From NCBI GenBank assembly GCA_051362555.1, contig CM120640.1:5642001-5706000 (forward strand): 64,000 nt of DNA, given 5' to 3'. Origin of the DNA: Lingula anatina. Taxonomy: Eukaryota > Animalia > Brachiopoda. Each line of letters starts with the position of its first letter. Position 1 is the first letter of the stretch. Shown here one piece after another: positions 55,501 through 64,000 of this stretch. The notes beneath the pieces were generated by a model. It worked only from the letters and a program-made list of their open reading frames with translations, did no database searches and had not been told where the DNA came from. Made by a program: the position numbers and the translations under genes.

Positions 55501-58500
55501 GATTCCTTTTATAAGCGTGACAAGCTGTCCTGATTTCAGCCTTAATGAAGATACAAAGACAGATAATTCTGTACCAGGAGATAATTCCCTTATACTTGTT
55601 TCTCTAACGATTACAAATTGATAAGTTATACAATCCAATAAGCTGTGCCCATTGATTTTCAGTAGTACCATTTGATGTATAACCCTAATTAAATAATTTT
55701 TACATCATAATTGATTGCTAATCCTTTGCCAAGGCCTAGAGGACAAAAGCTGTACATTGCTCAAATCAAGCTGATAAATAGCAATAATTCAATGCCATAT
55801 TGTGCATTCACTTAATCACATGGGGAAACCTTCCTGTGAAAGTTGAGGGGTGGGGCAGGGCTGCATGTGGGGGAGGAGAGATACTTTAGAGAAAAAAAAT
55901 CTGTTACAGAAAGTGCAGCTCCTGATAAGGAAAAAGAACTTATTAGTGCCTGTTTAACCTATACCAAACTACTCTCCTTACTGTGTAACTGTCTTAAGGG
56001 ATGAGGCATAATAAACTTGCTTGCATCAAGAGATCTAAACCCAGGCATCTAAATCAAACAGGTAAATGCATCAAAACAGGTGTTGGAGAGGATCTTATCT
56101 CTTCCAGTGCCCTTTTACTGTCCTAATCCTTCCCTGGAATCTCATCATCAACTCTTGTTCTATTTCCGTTGGTTCTGTAATTACAAAATGAATCTATGTT
56201 CGATCTTAGAGTTACCAGGTCAGTTTCACCTAGATGATTACTACTACCTTTCAAAGCAAAATCATGGAGCGGTTTTTGGCTCTGTATTGCCAGTTCTTTA
56301 AACTCTGAAGGGTTTGTCATATGATCTGTTTATTCATCATGTATAATATTACCTTTTAGTCCAATTTGTAACTTGATGGAGACTTTTTTATCAATATATT
56401 TCTCAATGTCTCAGATTGTGGATTTTGTATTTTGCTGTTATGGATCCTTGTCAAAATTCTTGGGATGTGTTCGACCCCTGTCTTGATCTTTAGAAATAAA
56501 TAGTATTATCTAAATATTTTAAATAAAAATAAGTATTAAAAGGTATATGCACACCTAAATCATCTGTGGCAATCTTTTTACTCTGTTATTGCACGTGTTA
56601 AATAGTTTTTTTTCTTACTTTGTTCATTTCCCATAAACTAAGAGCTAAACCCAGCAAAACATTTTATTTTCAATTTTAAACTGCCTTTTTAAACTTTATT
56701 TCTCCAAATCCTGGAAATGTTTTAAATTAACCAATTCCACTGATATCATGTAGAAGGACAGCCCAACCATCCATGTTACCTGTAGTACCAAAGTTTCTCT
56801 AATTTGCAATGAAGGATTAATCAAACCAGGATGTGTGTGCTTGTAGTTTAACAATCTGTGCCATTCTCAAGTTTCTTCTTTTTTTCCACCACCATGGCTA
56901 TATACTGGTACACTATTAAATCTCCTTTTCCAGATAATTGGCATGAAGTGACCCCTGGCCTTGTAATAGGTCAACCAAAGACTTTCTCACCCACCACACA
57001 TATGGGATTTCTATTGAAATAAAATGGAACAACATCATGTTATTGGAGGGACAAACTTTTCAGATCTGAGGCTTAAATGTGAAATATCTTATCTGGGGAT
57101 ATTTACTGAAATATTCGTTAAGTCAGGAATCCAGTCCAAATTTTCTGAATTAAATATGGAGCAATCGGTCATTAAAATGTATTCATTGTCACACATGAGC
57201 ACCTTTCATATCAATCAAGCAATGTTTGTAATATCAGATATTCAGCTTTCAATTATTTGGGTATTTTTCTCCTCAGAAGTGTCTTTATTGGATAAGAAGG
57301 GTCAAGAACTTTTTTTTGGTGATGCACATTTCACAAACACACGCACACATTAATAAATGTGGTTGAATTGACAAACTAACAATAGAAGAATGAATTCCAT
57401 TTTTTTCATAATAAAGTGTTTGCATTCCGTACCTTTGAGTTTCTCTCTGTTGCCTAAAGGCACATTGGTCCACTTTGTGACCAGACAAAGACTTGAATAG
57501 GAGGGGATGATCAGAAATTTATCACAATGCATGGCAGGGTAATCATCTCCTGATATTTATATATCTGTCTCCATATCTCTCCTTGATTTATACCACATAA
57601 TTATTACTGTAACCATTATTAACAATAGGCCAAGAGTACATCAATTTTATCTAGTTTGATATGTGAGCCAAGCCCCCATCTTTTAACGTGGGATAATTTA
57701 CACTTTCCTCACTCCGGGCATTAAGGTGGGGCCATTCACACTTCATCTTGATCTAATAAAAGGCACTTAAAATAGAATTAATTCAAAATAAATGTTTCTC
57801 AAGGAAGCCCAGCTAAGATTTCCTTTTTTTCTGTGGTGGTTGCGATAGTATAATAATGCCAATCTAGTCTGGTGTGGCGTGAGTGCTATGCCGCTGTGTT
57901 TGTCCCTGTTCTTCTTACATCAAAGTACCTACATAGTGAGCCGTAGTAACTGCAGGGCGTGTAACGGATCTTACATTGTGCTGGTATTGCTTTTTTTGTT
58001 GTCACTGGTGGCTATGGATCAAGAGCTCCCTGTGGAGTCTGGTGTATCCTAATAAAAAATCTCCCAGCATAAGTTAAAAGGCATCAAATTCAACATAAAG
58101 AAATATCTAAGGCCCATTCTCCCCACTACAAAGTAGCTGAGCACCTATAAACAGGCTGGCACAATAGCTTGGATCAACACTTGTAGATTGATGGGACACC
58201 ATCAGGAATAGTTTATATCCAGGCAGCTGCTGCAGGGGAACAATCTGCACCCCCCTCCCACCCCCTGCCCTTAACCCCATCTTCACTGATGAAAAGCTTG
58301 TTTAAAGAGAGAAATATAAGATAAAAATTAAAATGTTTCAAAAAGGAAATTAAAGAAAAAAAATTTTTTTTACACTGCCTAAAATAGCACTCAAACAAAA
58401 ACTATGGAAAACTCATTGCTATCAATAAAATACACATTTCCTTCATAATGAATGTCCAAAATAAAAATGGACTGGTTTTTATTTTTGGTTTCATCAAACT

Positions 58501-61500
58501 TTTTCCAGAAAGCCTTGTTATTCACCAAGGTGTTTAAAAGTCCTAGGAAAACGATCTCAGTACCAGACGACTTCAGAAAAAAAAATGTATCATTTTCATC
58601 TTACATTATGAGATGTAATGAACAGCAAGATTGATCATGATTACCAATTTTCTGCTTCATCCTAAACTCATATCTTCTGGGATTAACCAAATAAATGAAA
58701 TAAGACAAACCACATATACACATTACCAAAAAAACCATCATTTGCCGTGAGCAAAAACAACAGATGATCTCGCCCCTCATCAAGGGATCCCCCTCGTAAA
58801 GCCAAAGTCATTCCAATTGCCCTTGCTGGCAAGAAATCAAGGCATAATCTCCCAACTCATTTAGATTCCCAAAAACTTTTTAAGCAACATAAAGAAGGAA
58901 AAAAGACCTTTGGTTTAATATTCTCTGCATATCACTTACATTCCATGATTGAAACAAAATTACATTTTGGATATTCCGTGTATGCCACAATTACAGTTGG
59001 GCTTCGGTAGCATGTGATACTGGTATGTCAGTGAGGAGTTTTTTCTGCTTTTTGCTAATGCTCTTTAAACCAAAAGGCTTAACTAAAAGGCCAGTCCCAA
59101 CATCAATACCAAGAAGTTGCATTTTACTATTAGAATCTTATAGCTGCGAATAACCTCCCTCAAACCATATGTCATTTCCATAAAAAGAACCAACAAAGGC
59201 AATACAACTGGGATAACAAACTGTCCAGTAAACAGAATAGCACATAATTTGAACAAACAAATAAAGAAAAGGTGAAATAGAGGTAAAGCCAACTAGCCTG
59301 CAATTATAAAACATTTATTTATTAGTCCCACACACCAATTACTTTGGTTCCAGTTTGAACGAAAACTTCAACCATATAGGGAAGCTGAGAATACCTTTGT
59401 AGTATAACAAGTTTATTAGTAGCCACCCCCTTAGTAAGTATATCTAACTTCTGAAGTTGTCGAATTTGTTCAGTGGCAGGGGTAAAAATATAATCAATGC
59501 ATCCTGGTGCCTGTATCATTAGTAAACCTCAGTGGTTTTGTTCCCTTTACCAGAAAACAAAAAGATAAGTATTTTCAAAAGCCTGGTCTGATGTTTTGGG
59601 TTTTTTTCAACTAATAAAATTTAGACTCTGAAAATACTTAACTTTACAACAAACTTGCCAGGCATTTGAGAAAACACTTTGTTTATAGTTCTTTGCCTAA
59701 CTTATCATTGTGACAGGCAAAAAAGTCTCTAATATCAAAGTACATGATAACTATGTGCCCAGCCTTTTATTTTGTGACCCAACTACTAAAAAAAAACTAT
59801 TCATCAGACACCATGGATCGGCATAATTGTTTAACATCTTCTGAATCTTTTGCTATAAAACTAGATCAATTGAGTTTAAGAAGTGGTATTTTACTTTTAT
59901 CCTACACAGAAAACATGACCTTTGTGTGGCAGGGGTATTTACATAGCTGTTTCAAGTGAAACTTTATCATAAAATATGGGAGCTATGCATGACACTGGGT
60001 CTTGAAACACAGCTCCTGAGCAAGAACCAATCTGGCAAAAAGGAACTTTTTCAGCTAGAGTTCCAGTAAATGAGTAACAGCCTTTATTGGGAGGAATTTT
60101 TTGATGGCGGGTCTATTACTTTGGCAATGAACATTTTTATTGAATTAGTTTTTTGATGTTGCCTGCCATTAAGCTACTTATGACTTTGAGCCATGCCTAA
60201 CAGTGCTGTCAGCATTCCAGTCGGCTGGAAGCTTCCATCTAACAGTGTTATGCTGCATCAGAGAATTCTACACGGTTACCTGGAATCTCCATCAAATGAA
60301 AAATAAGACTCAATCTGACCTTTACAAATGTGCTTATTACCACCTGACGCACATCTTCTCCTTGGAATAAAAAATTGGTCATACCCTGTAAATAACAGCT
60401 CCATGCCCAGGTGATGAACCATGACCGATTTATCTCAAACTGATCAAATCAAGAACAAAGTTAGCTCCAATGCTGCACAAGATCTATCCAGGAAAAGAAA
60501 AGGAAACTGAGAAATATTTGCGGGGAGCTGCTGTATTGTACCATATAATGCATAAAATGTTAAAGGGACAATTCATGGAAACTTTTTTATGGCGGCAAAT
60601 AACAGAAACATCAAATCTTTCAGTCATACTTAAAATCTTCTTTGACGTTTCTGAACATCACCCTGCCGGGTTCTTAACACAAAAATATCATATCAATACA
60701 AGATTCAAAACCACTATCTTCATCACTAATCTTAATCCAAGTACCTTCTTCATTTACCTATTTCTGATGAGTTACTCCTAGCTTAGGTAAGTCACGTAGC
60801 GAAGCATAGTCAATTAAGGGTTTTACTTTCTTTGTGAAACAGGGGCCTGATACAGGTGTGGACAATGTGTTTATATGCCCACCATTACAGAGTCCACTTG
60901 TTGCAGTGAAAACTGCCGTTTCTGTGAAACCGGTGCTACTTGTTTAGTTTTGTTGCAATTTATTTCCCTTTCTTCCCCTATTTCCGATATTACAGCACCT
61001 AGGTGCTTCACAAGATTGCAGCATGCTGTTTTTTTGTCACCTCAATTTTTGGTCAACTGTCCAAGTGTTATCATTACAACACAGCAATCCAAAGATCCAT
61101 TCAAATGATGTGACTGAAAACTGACCTATCAGAATTTTGTCATCAACTATATTTTTTTATTTGTTGTTAAAGTGTAGTATTAATATTGTTTAAAAAAATC
61201 AGTTATAATTTCATGTTTTTAGTAAACAATAAGACTTAAACACTTTAAGCCAAGATACATCCATTACTTAGACTTTCATTTTGTTCCAAAATACAATTTT
61301 TGAGAATGAAAGCACTTTCATTACTTTTAAAGAGTGCATCATATCATATCACTGAAACATAAATACAGGCTGTTTAAAAAAGGGATACGGTAAAATATGT
61401 ATTTTTCATGGAAAATCAATTCGGTAAAATCTGCAGTAATCATTTTTACATCAGCTGATAATTTTTATTAGTTCATTTAACCACAACTGAACTTTTAGCA

Positions 61501-64000
61501 CCTAATAATGGCAATGCAATTCTCTCTCATCTTCTTTTGCTCAGTTAAACAGATTGCTTGATACTATTTTTCCCCCATGTGTCATTTGAACAAAATAGAT
61601 GAGGCATTGCAAAAGATACAAAATAAAATAATAATAATAATAATAATATAAAAAAGTATACCAACTGGTTAAACAGCATTACTTTTTATATGCACAAGGT
61701 GATGTACATTTAATAGGTGTAAACTGGGAATAAAGTAGACCATGATTATTTGTTCTGAGTATGTATCGTGGAATCTTTCATTTGAGGCAAAGTTGTGATT
61801 CAACCTTATCACATTATATTTAGTGAATTTATGCCGGATGGCAATTCATGGACCAAGTTTTTTGTTGTTTTTTTTCAATGTCATACAGTTCTAATCTAGA
61901 ATACTTGGGAACATTAACAGAAAAAATAATAAATCCTCTTACTACATAATATCAAATTGCATTATCTTGTATATGCAAAAATATATATTCATCTTCAGGT
62001 TGGGTAAGAGATTCTTTTATTACTGTGGAAATATTCAACATAAATTCTCAGATTCCCTTCATACAAATCTTAATGTTCCTGCTGAAGCTGAAAAACACAT
62101 TTTATATCTTAAAATATGTATTCTTACATAAAAAATGTTAATATTACAAATTACTACCAACAAGTCTTACAGAAAAGAAGATAATTAGCTTCTTTGGTTG
62201 AACTGATACATTTCAAATCGTTTAAAAAAATCAACTAACAGTATTGTACACAGCTGAATAGCATATGCCTTTGTGGTTTGTTGTTTTGCTTTTTATCTTT
62301 TCCAATTTTAGAAGTTTGGAAGGAAATGAACAGTGCGGGAAAGGCAGAAGGAGGGGGATAGTTTGGATCTACAGTATGAGTGAATAACAACAAAGTGGTT
62401 AAATCCTGGTGAATTATTGTACATCATTTCTGCTCCATCAGTGGCAAGGAGTCAGACTTGGTGCGCTGCCCCACTTACAGGGGTCACACCTGGCAAATAG
62501 AACAACTTACCTGGGAAAATGCTGATAACCCAAAGAAGAAGAAGAAAAAATAAGGCTCACAGATGCCCTATCCACAATCTGGACATCTAATTTATTATAT
62601 TTTAGCTTGATCTAATGTCTGACATTTGGCTGAACACTACAAAAAGGCCATCAAAAACAACAGCTGCATTTGAAAATAGTGGAGATCAACTTTAGATTGA
62701 GATTCCTTATATCATGAGAAGGATCAGAACATGTGGTTGTATGGTGAGAGAAAAGAAAAAAGAAATCATACATTTTCTTGTAAATGATAGTTTATACTAA
62801 ATCCCAATGGGAAGCTAAAAGTGAAAAGTAATCAGCAAGGCAAGTGTGCCAAGGTGTGATGATTTAGTTAGGTATTTGCAATAGCTTAAAAGCTACCATA
62901 TTAATGTACCCAGTGTATGAAAAAATAATTTATTGATTCATATATGTCTAGAAATGTTAAGCTATGAGAAAATGTCTTACAGTAGAAAATCTTACCACTT
63001 CCAAGTTGGAAATTTAGATGCAACCCTCTTCACTCTTTTTGACCCAGTACCAGAGAAAAATATTCACAGGCTTCTCACATATTTTTAGATAAATTGAAAG
63101 ATCCAAAATTATAGAATCCAAATATGATTTTTGCATTTTTTTCAATATTCCTCAAGATAAGCAGTAAATTTAACCAGTAAAGCTCCCAATAAGACTAAAA
63201 TCGGTAAGATGCTAGATGCTTATGGTTAATTAATCAGATTTTTGATCTCATAACATAACAGACTAATAAACTACCAAATTTTAGGAAAAAACTAGGCCTT
63301 TGCAAGCAGGAGAGGACAATTTCCTGGTCTTGCACTGAGAAAATATTTCACAAAATCATCTTTAAAAACATAAACCAATATAGTTTATAAAGTCCTATCA
63401 GTAGCCAAATAATAATAATAATAACAAAAATTCTGACTCACAACTACCAATACTCATCAATTCCACTTATAATTGATATGGATCCCAACTGTCAACATTC
63501 CAATGACTGAATTGCCATGTCTTTTGTCTTTAAAATGTTTGACCTATCAGTTAAATGTGACACTGAACAGCCAGCTGACACCTAATTCCTGAAACATGTC
63601 ACCATCTCAAGGTAAACAATGGCCAAATGATGTCACACCAGCTTGAGCAGAAGTGTAATGGCTATAAACTGTAGAAAGAAAGTGCTTGTTATGTAGTCAA
63701 TTTTAAAAAAGGGAATAGACAGAAGTTCTGTGGAAATAATATGAAGCTGGCTGTTGGAATGCAAAACTGACATCAATATTTACAAACTGAATATTTCAAT
63801 AACATTCTAATTTTTAGTACACTTGGTAGAGGTAGAAGAAAAAATCCAGGAATAAAAAGTAAGAAAGTAGCAAAGATGGATATTCTTCTTTTGAAATAAA
63901 AATATCAAATCTTACATCAATTATCATTAAAAATAGCAGCCTAACGGTTCTCTCCCCCCCCCCCCCACCCTAAGGAAGTGGCTATTACCATCTGGTCATC

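Noticed and set aside
48000-64000. Many 60-110 aa ORFs in the ARID3 intron
   Set aside because: Compositionally random, no domain motifs or consistent splice phases; expected by chance.

Overview
Eukaryotic, AT-rich, intron-rich DNA from an invertebrate animal (probably a lophotrochozoan; inferred). Three zones. (1) 1-18.2 kb: the 5' part of a minus-strand KNDC1/very-KIND gene. It has 17 phase-consistent coding exons (about 1,850 codons) encoding KIND-KIND, a long low-complexity region and the RasGEF N-terminal domain, and it runs off the left edge. Once spliced, the exons after KIND2 encode two or three Spire-like WH2 motifs. (2) 19-38 kb: a CpG-rich intergenic zone with a tandem duplication of a pair of two-exon genes for an unrecognised ~150-aa His/Asp-rich membrane protein (order A1-B1-A2-B2). 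A four-level transposon nest separates the two pairs: Gypsy LTR element > TTAA-flanked Kolobok-like element > CCC-terminal EnSpm-like element > 935-bp fold-back. Tc1, Penelope (with a hammerhead-like motif), RTE, L2/CR1-group and Helentron-like relics are also present. (3) 41-64 kb: the last four coding exons of a minus-strand ARID3/dead ringer gene and >16 kb of its upstream intron. All assignments come from manual reading and translation; no database searches were run.
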